NCBI RefSeq assembly: GCF_009914755.1
Contig: NC_060936.1
Length of the DNA: 64,000 nt
DNA from: the human T2T-CHM13v2.0 reference genome, Homo sapiens
Reading direction: 5' to 3' (one strand)
The stretch's first letter is position 1; every line of letters starts with the position of its first letter. The position numbers were made by a program, and so were the translations under genes. The notes beneath the pieces are model-generated. The model saw only the letters and a program-made list of their open reading frames with translations, had not been told where the DNA came from and made no database searches. This document shows, one piece after another, positions 41,731 to 57,512 of the stretch.

Positions 41731-42989
41731 TGCTTTCACAAATAATTCACACGGTGAAAAAAATACCCTAATAGAAAACTGGACTAAAAACTACCAACAG
41801 GCACTTCACAAAAGAAAAGTACAAATAAATGTATAAGCCTTTTGCCTCAGCTTCTGCTCAAGCCTTTGTATAGGAATGCATGGATGGAATACAGTCTTCT
41901 GGTTTTGTTTTGATTAATATGTGAAGACAAGATATTCACAAGCTTAAACATTCAAATGCGGCAGCCAAGATGGCCGAATAGGAACAGATCCGGTCTACAG
42001 CTCCCAGCATGAGTGACGCAGAAGACGGGTGATTTCTGCATTTCCATCTGAGGTACCGGGTTCATCTCACTAGGGAGTGCCAGACAGTGGGTGCAGGACA
42101 GTGGGTGCAGCACACCGTGCGCGAGCCGAAGCAGGGCGAGGCATTGCCTCACTTGGGAAGTGCAAGGGGGCAGGGAGTTCCCTTTCCTAGTCAAAGAAAG
42201 GGGTGACAGATGGCACCTGGAAAATCAGGTCACTCCCACCCTAATACTGCGCTTTTCCGACAGGCTTAAAAAACGGTGCACCAGGAGATTATATCCTGTG
42301 CATGGCTCGGAGGGTCCTACGCCCACGGAGTCTCACTGATTGCTAGCACAGCAGTCTGAGATCAAACTGCAAGGTGGCAGCGAGGCTTGGGGAGGGGCGC
42401 CCGCCATTGCCCAGGCTTGCTTAGGTAAACAAAGCAGCTGGGAAGCTCGAACTGGGTGGAGCCCACCACAGCTCAAGGAGGCCTGCCTGCCTCTGTAGGC
42501 TCCACCTCTGGGGGCAGGGCACAGACGACAAAAAGACAGCAGTAACCTCTGCAGACTTAAATGTCCCTGTCTGACAGCTTTGAAGAGAGCAGTGGTTCTC
42601 CCAGCACGCAGCTGCAGATCTGAGAAGGGACAGACTGCCTCCCCAAGTGGGTCCCTGACCCCTGACCCCCAAGCAGCCTAATTGGGAGGCACCCCCCAGT
42701 AGGGGCAGACTGATACCTCACATGGCCGGGTACTCCTCTGAGACAAAACTTCCAGAGGAACGATCAGACAGCAGCATTCGCGGTTGATGAAAATCCACTG
42801 TTCTGCAGTCACTGCTGCTGATACCCAGGCAAACAGGGTCTGGAGTGGACCTCTAGCAAACTCCAACAGACCTGCAGCTGAGGGTCCTGTCTGTTAGAGG
42901 GAAAACTAACAAACAGAAAGGACATCCACACCAAAAACCCATCTGTACATCACCATCATCAAAAACCAAAAGTAGATAAAACTACAAAG

Positions 42990-44006
42990 ATGGGGAAAAA
43001 ACAGAGCAGAAAAACTGGAAACCCTAAAAAGCAGAGCACCTCTCCTCCTCCAAAGGAATGCAGTTCCTCACCAGCAACAGAACAAAGCTGGACGGAGAAT
43101 GACTTTGACGAGTTGAGAGAAGAAGGCTTCAGACGATCAAACTACTCCAAGCTACAGGAGGAAATTCAAAGCAAAGGCAAAGAAGTTAAAAACTTTGAAA
43201 AAAATTTAGATGAATGTATAACTAGAATAACCAATACAGAGAAGTGCTTAAAGGAGTTGATGGAGCTGAAAGCCAAGGCTCGAGAACTACGTGAAGAATG
43301 CAGAAGCCTCAGGAGCCGATGCGATCAACTGGAACAAAGGGTATCAGTGATGGAAGATGAAATGAATGAAATGAAGCCAGAAGGGAAGTTTAGAGAAAAA
43401 AGAATAAAAATAAATGAACAAAGCCTCCAAGAAATATGGGACTATGTGAAAAGACCAAATCTACGTCTGATTGGTGTACCTGAAAGTGACGGGGAGAATG
43501 GAACCAAGTTGGAAAACACTATGCAGGATATTATGTAGGAGAACTTCCCCAATCTAGCAAGGCAGGCCAACATTCAGATTCAGGAAATACAGAGAACACC
43601 ACAAAGATACTCCTCGAGAAGAGCAACTCCAAGACACATAATTGTCAGATTCACCAAAGTTGAAATGAAGGAAAAAGTGTTAAGGGCAGCCAGAGAGAAA
43701 GGTCGGGTTACCCACAAAGGGAAGCCCATCAGACTAACAGCTGAACTCTCTGCAGAAACTCTACAAGCCAGAAGAGAGTGGGGGCCAATATTCAACATTC
43801 TTAAAGAAAAGAATTTTCAACCCAGAATTTCATATCCAGCCAAACTAAGCTTCATAAGTGAAGGAGAAATAACATACCTTACAGACAAGCAAATGCTGAG
43901 AGATTTTGTCACCACCAGGCCTGCCCTAAAAGAGCTCCTGAAGGAAGCACTAAACATGGAAAGGAACAACCAGTACCAGCCACTGCAAAATCACGCCAAA
44001 TTGTAA
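42990..44006 (+). pseudogene. L1 ORF1p with a premature TAG at 43536-43538
   Basis: ORF track pieces 42990-43538 (MGKKQSRKTG...) and 43665-44006 (...QNHAKL) are in the same frame. Confidence 0.92.
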
Positions 44007-44069
44007 AGACCATCGAGGCTAGGAAGAAACTGCATCAACTAACGAGCAAAATAACCAGCTAACATCATA

Positions 44070-47890
<3,821 letters not shown>

Positions 47891-48492
47891 ACAATGAGAA
47901 CACATGGACACAGGAAGGGGAACATCACACTCTGGGGACTGTTGTGGGGTGGGGGGAGGGGGGAGGGATAGCATTGGGAGATATACCTAATGCCAAATGA
48001 CGAGTTGGTGGGTGCAGCACACCAGCATGGCACATGTATACATATGTAACTAATCTGCACATTGTGCACACGTACCCTAAAACTTAAAGTATAATAATAA
48101 TAAAATTTAAAAAAAAATTCAAATGTTTCCTCTTTTACCTCATTATGATTTCTTTCAAGGCAGACACAATGTGTCTAATTTGTCTTTATATCACCATTAC
48201 ACATTACAGTAGAATTCACTTTATTAGGAGTCAGGACTCAATTTTTGAACAGTCAGAGTATTACGGACAAAACAATATTTCATGTATTTTTAAACAAAGT
48301 ATTTCACATCATTTACTTAATATCTATATTTGTTAAATACTGATGAGAACAAAATTTCAAGTATCTAGAATTTAGCAAAGAAGTTAAATGTCCAACTAAA
48401 ATAAGTTTAAATTTAAATGATTAAATTGTTTGTTGTATTTCAGATTCTATCCATTTTACTTTAATAGAAAAATATCATTCATAAAAAAGTTT

Positions 48493-48796
48493 GGCTGGCC
48501 ACAGTGACTGACACCAAAAATCAAAGCATTTTGGGAGACTGAGGTAGGAGGATTGCTTGAGGCCAGGAGTTCCAGACAAGCCTGGGCAACATAGGAGACC
48601 CCCGTATCTTCAAAAATAAACAAATTAGTGGGATTTGGTGGTACAGGCCTACAGTCCCAACTTCTCAGGAGACTGAGGCAGGAGAATCACTTGAGCTCAG
48701 GAGTTTTAGGCGGCCGTGAGTTATGATTATCCCACTGCACTCCAGCCTAGGTAACAGAGACTCTGTCTCTAATAATAATAATAATAATAATAATAA
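48493..48796 (+). mobile_element. AluJ with (AAT)n tail
   Basis: Diverged dimer with J diagnostics (ggaggattgcttgaggccaggagtt); TSD core AAAGTTT. Confidence 0.9.
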
Positions 48797-50303
48797 AGTT
48801 TTCATGAAAAAAAGAAATATTAATAAAATTTCCTAAATTGGAGACATGCACTCATTATCCACATATATCAACATTGGTCTTATTTTCATTATGGTATACT
48901 GTATGAGCTATGGAAATTATTAAGTATCAAGCATTAAATTACCTGCCAATTCTTGTTCATTATACAATCACTGGTCTCAGAAGAACATAATCATTACAAA
49001 GACAACTTCAAAAGTAGGAGTGACTATCTTTAATGCTTTAATGACATTGTAGAGCATCACATCATGATTTGTTATGGAGTTTAGTTTTCCTCTTAATTAC
49101 TATCACACTTCAATCTAAATGAATTTAGATTTCATGTAACATTTTGACTTTTTGGAAGGTCATGGTTTCTTCATTAGTAGGCAAAACTCCTACTTAGGAA
49201 AGCTATCAATTCCTCAATTCTCCTATTATTTTTATACATGTGGTTATAGTTTAATAGATTACTTCTTTTATATGCCCACTGCAGCATGTGAATTTTATGC
49301 TAACAAGAGTGTGCACTTAGGCACACATGCAATATAGCTATGATATGTCTATCATATAAATTAAATATGTGCCAAGTATTTCATGGAGCTAATACATTTT
49401 ACTCAAAATGTCAGTAAATTCTAGAAAAACTGGATGGAAATTGCCAATTATAAAATGAGAGTTTTGATTGAAGTCCACATTAGCCAGGAACCCATACTTT
49501 GGTTACCTGATATTTTGGCATAAATGTGACCACATATTCATCTTACTATATTATTACCATATGAACATATATTTCCTTTGAAATGCTATCATGTTCTTCA
49601 AGTTATATGAATACTAATGATAAGAGATCTTACATGTTATAAAAGGAATACATTGTATGGAATTACAATTTATTTAGACATACTTTGGGAAAAGTTTGAT
49701 TGCATTTCATATGCGTTCATAAATCAAATTGAACTGTTTCAGGATTTTCAGGAAGCAAAATGACAACCAAAAGTATAATTTAATCCTAAAGCATCTTTCC
49801 TCTTTTTTTCTTAATACTCACAGCTAAACTTAACTGAAAGTAAAGTTTTCATTCTAAGCTTTCCAGGTTCATTAAATTGTTCCTATATCCTCACAAAATC
49901 ATGATTTTTGTTTAAAATTTAAGGACATTTTTGTTGTTGTTAACAAAATATTGCTTAAATACTTGTTATACATCATATATATTTATGAGTCCAAAAGTAC
50001 CTAGTTATTATAACTTTGGAAGCCCAGAGTCCTGTTTAAAAAAAAAATTAGATGTCACAAAAGGCCTCTGAGCTCTTGATGAATGTGTTATAAGTTTTGT
50101 GTACATCTTAAGGGACCTCTTTCACAAGCAACCAGAAGTCCTTTTGTAATTACTTATGCTCAACATCTATTTCTAATTTGCAGAGCTATGATGAGGAACA
50201 TCCCCAGTTCACACACCACTTGGCAACTCTGAACTCACTGATCAATGTGTCAGTAGACAGGTTTGTAATGAGTAGACATAAAACAACATATCACATATGC
50301 GTG

Positions 50304-50331
50304 CACACACACACACACACACACATACACA
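50304..50331. repeat. (CA)n microsatellite
   Basis: Read directly from the sequence. Confidence 0.95.
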
Positions 50332-50869
50332 CGCTCTTTAAAGTGCTTTGAAGTGTTTACTCTTTGGTCTGCTACTCATGGACCAAATATTATTAAAAAA
50401 TATGTTGCTGCTACTCTTCCAAATATACTTAAAACTCTGACATGTAATGCAGGTTTTCCTATAATCTGTGAAATCCCTGCTGCCTTTCAAAAAAATCATT
50501 CTAATAAAAACAGAGATAAATTTACCCAGAAGAGTAAACTAGCATGAAATGCCCTGTTTTTGCTGTTGTCACAATTCATTGTTAAGTTATTTAGTGGTCC
50601 CTTATTAAATGCCCTTAGAATTCGTAGTGCAAAACGTTTTTACATAGAATGGGAGTCCTATATGACATATTTTAATTTTTACATGGAATGACATTCCTAT
50701 ATAACAAATTTTAATCCTGTTAATTTAACTAATTACATAAACCTAACCACCACAGTAAATTATAGTCTGACCTAAAAGAAAATATGGCATGAGCTGAGAC
50801 AAAATGTATCCAGTTCTCAGAACATATCTATGTCTCCTCTAATTTGTAGGTCTTTTTTCCTTTGTATGA

Positions 50870-51125
50870 CACTCCACTTAAATATCCTGCCGGACCTAGC
50901 TCAAATGCTATTTTTTCTGCAGCGTCTTCTCTGGCTCGGTCAGTCAGTAACTGATGTTTCTTCCATCATTTCTTCATATAAGATCAGGCTCATTACATTA
51001 TAATTATTTAGGTATCCCTCTGTCTCCCTACAGAGCGTGAGCTCCTTGAAGGCAAGAACCTTTTTACATTTTCTTTACACTCTCAGACCTAAGTATAGTA
51101 CTGGATGTTAAATTAATAAATACAT
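50870..51125 (+). mobile_element. L2 3' fragment
   Basis: agctcaaatgcta...ctgtctccctacagagcgtgagctccttgaaggcaagaacc. Confidence 0.7.
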
Positions 51126-51689
51126 GCAAGATACTATATCAACTAAATTAGATATTTCAAAATAGTTTTGTTGTTGTAACAAAAATTGGATGTTTTGTAG
51201 ATGTTTATAATTCTGTTTTCATTTTAACTAATACATAGAGTTCCACTTTATTAAAACATATCCTTTGATTACCTTATAGCTAGACACAGAAGGAGGAAAA
51301 TAGGAGGGTAAAGGATTTTAAAAGCATTTGGGGATTTTTAAAAAAGGCTTCCAGAGACTAATAAATCACTGAACAGTAGTAACAATGCTGTCATCACCAA
51401 TCTCTATACACCGAGTTTCATGCAGCATTTAAGAAAGCCTATGAGTTAAACTGCGCTTAAAATAAGATATATATTTGCTTTTAACCATGTCAAATTGTGC
51501 ATGAAAAGAAAGTCCTTGAAGGCACTATACCAAATGTTATAAAGCTCACCTCTGGCTGGAGAGATTATGGATTAATTTTTTAAAATATTTTTCCTATTTC
51601 CCTAATATTCTTCTAAGAGCATGTCTTACTTTGATTTACTTATATTTGTTTCAAATATTGGCTATTATTTTTTAAAGCATTACAGATAC

Positions 51690-53050
51690 TTTTAAAATCT
51701 CTTTTATATCCTGTCACAAACCTATTTCCATGTTGCCTTCATGAGTTAATCACCATCCTGAAGTTGGTATGTATTATCCGTCTGTGCCTTTATACTTTTA
51801 CTATTTATGTATATAGTCATTAGACATATTAATTATGTCACAGACATATTGTGTTTTAAATTTACATTAATATCATATGACAATTCTGACTCCTTTTTTT
51901 CATTTAACACTTTCAATATAGATCCACATGGATGTTTATAATCCTACTGTTTTATTTTAACTAATACATAGTGTTCCATTTTATTAAAATTTATCTTTTG
52001 ATTATTTTATGAATAGACATTTTGTTTTTTCGTAATTTTTCATTCTTACAAACAATATTGCAGTGAATATCCGTGAGAGACTTAAAGTTTTCTTTTCAAG
52101 AGCCATACCTAGTAGTACAATTAATTGATAGATAGAAGAGTATGTGCATTTCAAACTTTTAAAAATATTGATGAATTGTCATCCAATGTGGAGTACCAAT
52201 TTATAGTCCTATGAGAATTCCTGTTTTTCTATATCCTTTACAATACTTGATATTGTCAGAACTCTTGTTTTCTGTCTTTCTAGTAGATGGAAATACAACT
52301 GGCACCTCATTGGGGCCTTAATTTAAATGTCCCTGTTACCTGTGTTAACTATGTTTATTGGTTATTCAAAATTCATTTTCAGGGAATTGTCTTTGCCAAT
52401 TGTTTCCATTCTTTGTTTGCTTTTTGTTGTTGTCTTTTCCTTACTTTGTAGTGCTTATACCTTCTCAGTATGTGCATTATAAACATCTTTCCCAGTTTGT
52501 GGCATTTTAAAAGTATTTTGTGACATGTCATGCTAAGCATGAGCTTTAATGTAATCAATCCTACCAATCTTCTTAATGATGTGTACTTTTTGTCTTGTGT
52601 AAGAAATCCTTCCCTAAACTAAGATGTCCATGTGGATTACTTTTTTTAATTTGTTAAATTGAGGAATTATATTGAAAGATTTTTGGTGGCTGAAATATCC
52701 TTAGAAGAGTGAGTTAAGTTCTACTTAGTATGATCTACGTTTTAATGCATTATTGAATTCAATGTGGTAATATTTTGCTTAGACTTAGTACATCTGTTTT
52801 CACGCAGAGATTAATCCATATATACTGTTCTTGTACTCTCCTTGTCCATTTTCGTATGTAAGTCATGAAAGTACAAAGTTGGGTAGTTTACTTCTTTGTA
52901 CACTCTCTTCAACAGTTTGTATAGCATTGGTATTATCTGTTCATTAAGGTTTGATAAAACTATCTTATCAAACCATTTTGCAATTCTATTCTGTTAAAAT
53001 TTACTGAGTTATGACTAGTAATTAGTACTTTTCCCAGAAAATTGTACATT
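51690..53050 (-). mobile_element. Ancient L1ME fragments
   Basis: Antisense 3' UTR and ORF2 motifs (aatcaccatcctgaagttggt, acaaacaatattgcagtgaatatcc, aagaaatccttccctaaact). Confidence 0.65.
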
Positions 53051-53609
53051 TTATGTCTTAAAATATAAAGAAGAAATTAATAAAATCAAGTATATCAGTG
53101 GTTACATTAAATATAAGTAGAATTATCCCCAATAAAAACCAAACATGGGGCTAAAAAGTTAGACACATTTTTTTAAAAAAGTTCTATCCTGCTCATTAGA
53201 AATACACCTAAAATAAAATAAAGCTGGAAATAAATAGAAAAGAAGTGAAAAGCAAAGGCAAACAAAATAACAGAAATGAAAATATTAAAATATATAAGGT
53301 CATATTTTAGAATTAAAATTGTTAATAGAAATAAAGGGAATACTATATAATGACAAACATGAAGAAATTTATAAAGCAATTGTGGTATCATTCTAGGAGT
53401 AAAATCCTGGAAACTATTTTATCTGAAACAGAAACCAGACTCAAATGCCTTCCATTGCCATTTGTTCAACATTGTCTTGAAGGTTCTACTAAATATATCA
53501 AAGTGGGAAATTAAATAATTACTATAAATATTGGGGAAAAGAGTGAAAATATTTATTTTTGTTGATTACATGATTATATATCCAAAAGCCTCTATAAAAC
53601 TCAAAAGCC

Positions 53610-53921
53610 GGCTGGGTGGGGTGGCTCATGCCTGTAATCCAAGCACACTGGTAGGCCGAGGTGGGCAGATAATTTTAGGTCAGGAGTTTGAGATCAGCCT
53701 GGCCAACATGGTGAAATGCCATCTGTACTAAAAATACAAAAAAAAAAAATTAGCTAGGCATGGTGGCACACACCTGTAATCCCAGCTACTTGGGAGGCTG
53801 AGGCAGGAGAATCACTTGAACCCAGGAAACAGAGGTTTGCAGTGAGCCGAGATCACACCACTGCACTCCAGCCTGGGTGACAGAGTCAGACTCTGTTTCA
53901 AAAAAAAAAGAAAAAAAAAAA
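53610..53921 (+). mobile_element. AluS (Sx/Sz)
   Basis: Full dimer; TSD AAAACTCAAAAGC / AAACCTCAAAAGC. Confidence 0.93.
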
Positions 53922-54765
53922 ACCTCAAAAGCTTAAGTTTTAAAGTAAAATATATTAAAATTAAAATAATTTTGTAAGGTAGCTGAATACAACTAATATA
54001 TTAAAAATTCAATACTTATTGTGCATTCTAACAATAAACACCTATAAATGGAAATGGGAAAAAAAATTCTTTCAACAGAGTGATAAAAACTATCAAATAG
54101 AAACTACTAAGAAATTCATAGAAATTGTATCATTTAAAAAACTATATATTTTATTAAATGTCATGTAAAATCTGAATAAATCTAGGACAATATAAAATAT
54201 TAAAAGGGCAATTCCCCAAAAGTAATATAAACATAAAATTAAATTCCATTTTTTTATAATTCCATTTTTTTGGATGTAGTTCTTTTGAAATTGGATGAAA
54301 TTATCTTAAAACTCATATGGTAAAATAAATGACCAAAATAACAAAGAAAGTATGAAAAATAATAGTTAAAAAAAGAATGCCTGTCCAAATAGCAGAAAAG
54401 ATTATACAGCTACTGTAATTACATTAATCAGTCATATAAAAAATGAAGAGCAATAAAAATATGTCCAAATATATAGAATTTTATAAATAACAAAGAGTGT
54501 ATGTGAGTAGGAAAAGGAAAGCTTGTTTAATTAATAATCATAACACAAATGAAAGAAAGTAAATTTAAACCCCTATTGTAACACAGTATTAAAAAATCCA
54601 GATGGATTACAGAATTGATTTTAAACAATAAAACAATAATAATCTTAAAATAAATTATAGGAGTTCATTAGTATAGCCTGGGATAAGGGAGAATTCTTAA
54701 TCAAGACAAGAAACCTAGAAGAAAGAAAGAAAAAGATTGATATATTTCATTACATAAAAATTGAA

Positions 54766-55062
<297 letters not shown>

Positions 55063-55362
55063 ATAAAAATTGAAAAGATATCACAATTAATCATCAGAAA
55101 AATGACAAATTGAGAAAGAATAGTTGTACTACATATAACAGATTAAGGGTTAATAACTGTGATCTATAAAGTGATAAAATAGTATAAAATTGGGCAATTT
55201 ATATGAATAGCAATTCAGAGAAAAGCAAATCTAAATTATCAACAACTATTTGAAAAGGAGCTTGAACTAATAGTAGCTGAGGAAGTACTAATTCAAATAA
55301 AAATGTGATATCTATTTTGCACTATCTTCACTGGAAGAATTAAAATGTAGAAGAATAAAGAT

Positions 55363-55915
55363 TATATTAGCTATCTATTTCTGTGTAACAAATTACCCCA
55401 AAACTTAAAACCGCAAATGTTTATTATCTTGCAGTTTTCATGGCTGAGGGTCTAGGTATGGCTCTGCTGACTCAGGGTCTCGAAGGCTGCAATTAACGTG
55501 TCAATTGGGCCTATGGTCTCATCTGAGGCTTGACTGGGAGAAATTGACTTCAAAGACCACTCACATGGTTGTTGGCAGCATTCAGCTCCCACAGGACTGT
55601 TGGGTTGAGGGCCTCAGTTTCCCACTGGCTGTTAATCCAAGGCCTCCCTCAGTTCCTTGTCCCATGGGCCTCTCCACGGAACACAAAGTGCTCCATCAAA
55701 ATGAGTGAACCAGACAGCAGGAGAGAGCTAATAAAACAGAAGCCAGAGGTCTTTGTAACCTGATCTCAGAAGTGACATGCATTATTCTTTCCATATTCTA
55801 TTCATTAGAAGCAAATTACTCAGTCCAGTCTATACATAAAGGGAAGAGATTAAACAAAGGCATAAATACCAGGAAAGCGGATCACTGGCAGTTATCTTAG
55901 AGGCTTCATATGGCA
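55363..55915 (-). mobile_element. MLT1F/G-type MaLR LTR
   Basis: tattagctatctatttctgtgtaacaaattaccccaaaactta...cacatggttgttggcagcattcag...tcactggcagttatcttagaggct. Confidence 0.85.
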
Positions 55916-56119
55916 GTTGTGGAGAAAAAGACTGCAGGCTAACATTGTTGGTGGCAATGGAAACTGATACAGCTGTTTTGGAAAGCAATGGCATTAAGAT
56001 CAGTCCCTCCGCATCTCATTCAGAGGTCACTTTGGTTTGCTAGGTTATTTCCCGATTTTACAACTGCAAGCCCACATCCTGGAAATCCCTTCAGTCCTAG
56101 GCAAACCAGCTTGGTTTGT

Positions 56120-56340
56120 CAGCCTACTCTAGAGCCAGACTGTCTGGGTTTAAATCATGGCTCCATACTTAACTAGCAATGCCACCTTGAGTAAGTTACT
56201 TAATTTCTCTATGTCTCAGCTTCCTTATTTGTAAAATAAGCATGATAATATCATGTTTGTGGGAAACTGAGACAGTACCTGTAAAGTGCTTAAAGCAATG
56301 TCTGGCACATTAAAAATTCTCAATGATATCCATTGTTACT
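56120..56340 (+). mobile_element. MIR
   Basis: ctctagagccagactgtctgggtttaaatc...ccttgagtaagttacttaatttctctatgtctcagcttcc. Confidence 0.85.
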
Positions 56341-56373
56341 ATCATAGATATTAAAATATATGTATCCTTTCAC

Positions 56374-56498
56374 TAAGGTATACAAACATTTATCATCCAA
56401 ACTGGGAAACTTTTGAGAGTGAAAAGGAGTGCTAGTAATAATTATGCCAGGTCATAAACAGGAATATTCCAGGGAGACTTGGATGTATGATTAACTTA
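56374..56498. mobile_element. MER81 (hAT-Blackjack MITE)
   Basis: atttatcatccaaactgggaaacttttgagagtgaaaaggagtgcta; 8-bp TSD-like CCTTTCAC / CATTTGAC. Confidence 0.8.
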
Positions 56499-56809
56499 CA
56501 TTTGACCCACAGGGAAATTTCTCTCATAGAAATAAAGGCACCTCAGTATAAGGGAAGTACACAGTGATGTTTGTTGCAGTTTTGTACTTAGTGGAAAATA
56601 AAAAAGTAATTCAAAATTAAGTGAATGCTCACCAGTAGACAAAGAATAAATCACAATACATAATGTTTTTAAATATTATGCAACACTTAAAACAATGAAA
56701 TACAGTGACACCAACTGACTTGAAGAAGTTCTTTGAAATATCTTTGAGTAAGGAAAGTAATATGCACAAAAGTACAAATAGTTCCATTTGTAAAACAAAA
56801 GGTTTACAC

Positions 56810-57512
56810 TCAGAGGCAAATATTGCAGCTTAAGCTTCAGGGTCCAGCTCTTTCATAGGCCCCTCCCAAGATGTTGAGAGGGGTCTAGAAATGTTTCCTC
56901 ATGGTTACATGTTTTTGTAAATTATGCAAAAGTAAAATATTTTAATTGCAATAGGTTAATACCTCTGTTTCTTTCACCTTTAATTTCCCTATCATATTTC
57001 TCTGTATTTTGGGTAGTATTTGAATGGCTGCAGACATTTTTGGAATCCAGCTAAAGGAAAGATGAATCTTGGGCACATTTAGTTTGGGTTTAGTAATATA
57101 TATTTATGAATTCTGAAGTCACTCCCATGTACATACAGTTCAGATGTAAGAATGGCTTCTAGGAATACCCCTACCACCTCCTGTGCCAACTCATCGGGTA
57201 TGCAACAGAAAGTTTTAAAGCCATATTTTGATATGGGTGTGACCTATGATGTTCGGTACCAGAAATATTTGTGTAGTGAGTGAGAAAGATTTGAAATGTA
57301 CAGAACTAGCCAGTGGAAAATTCTTCCAAATCTTCAAGCTTGGAAGTGAAAGAAGGATTTTATCAAAGTTGACAACAATCCCCAAAATCAGCGTGACAGT
57401 ACCAATAACCGATTGTGAAGCTGAAATAAACTTTCTAACAAACAATGATAAAACATTAATTTTGATCAATCATGCTAGAGGAAAGACCGAATTACCCTTT
57501 TATTTTCTCTAT
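56810..57512 (+). mobile_element. Zaphod/MER115-like hAT-Tip100 element, left part
   Basis: CAGAGGC..agcttaagcttcaggg terminus; ORF 57246-57536 contains LTTIPKISVTVPITDCEAEINF, a decayed hAT C-terminal dimerisation motif. Confidence 0.75.

Noticed and set aside
48942-49114. Possible minus-strand exon (TTCATTTAG acceptor, CAG|GTAATT donor) in unique sequence
   Set aside because: Mediocre splice sites, early stops and no ANKS1B-like peptide; cannot be supported without transcript data.
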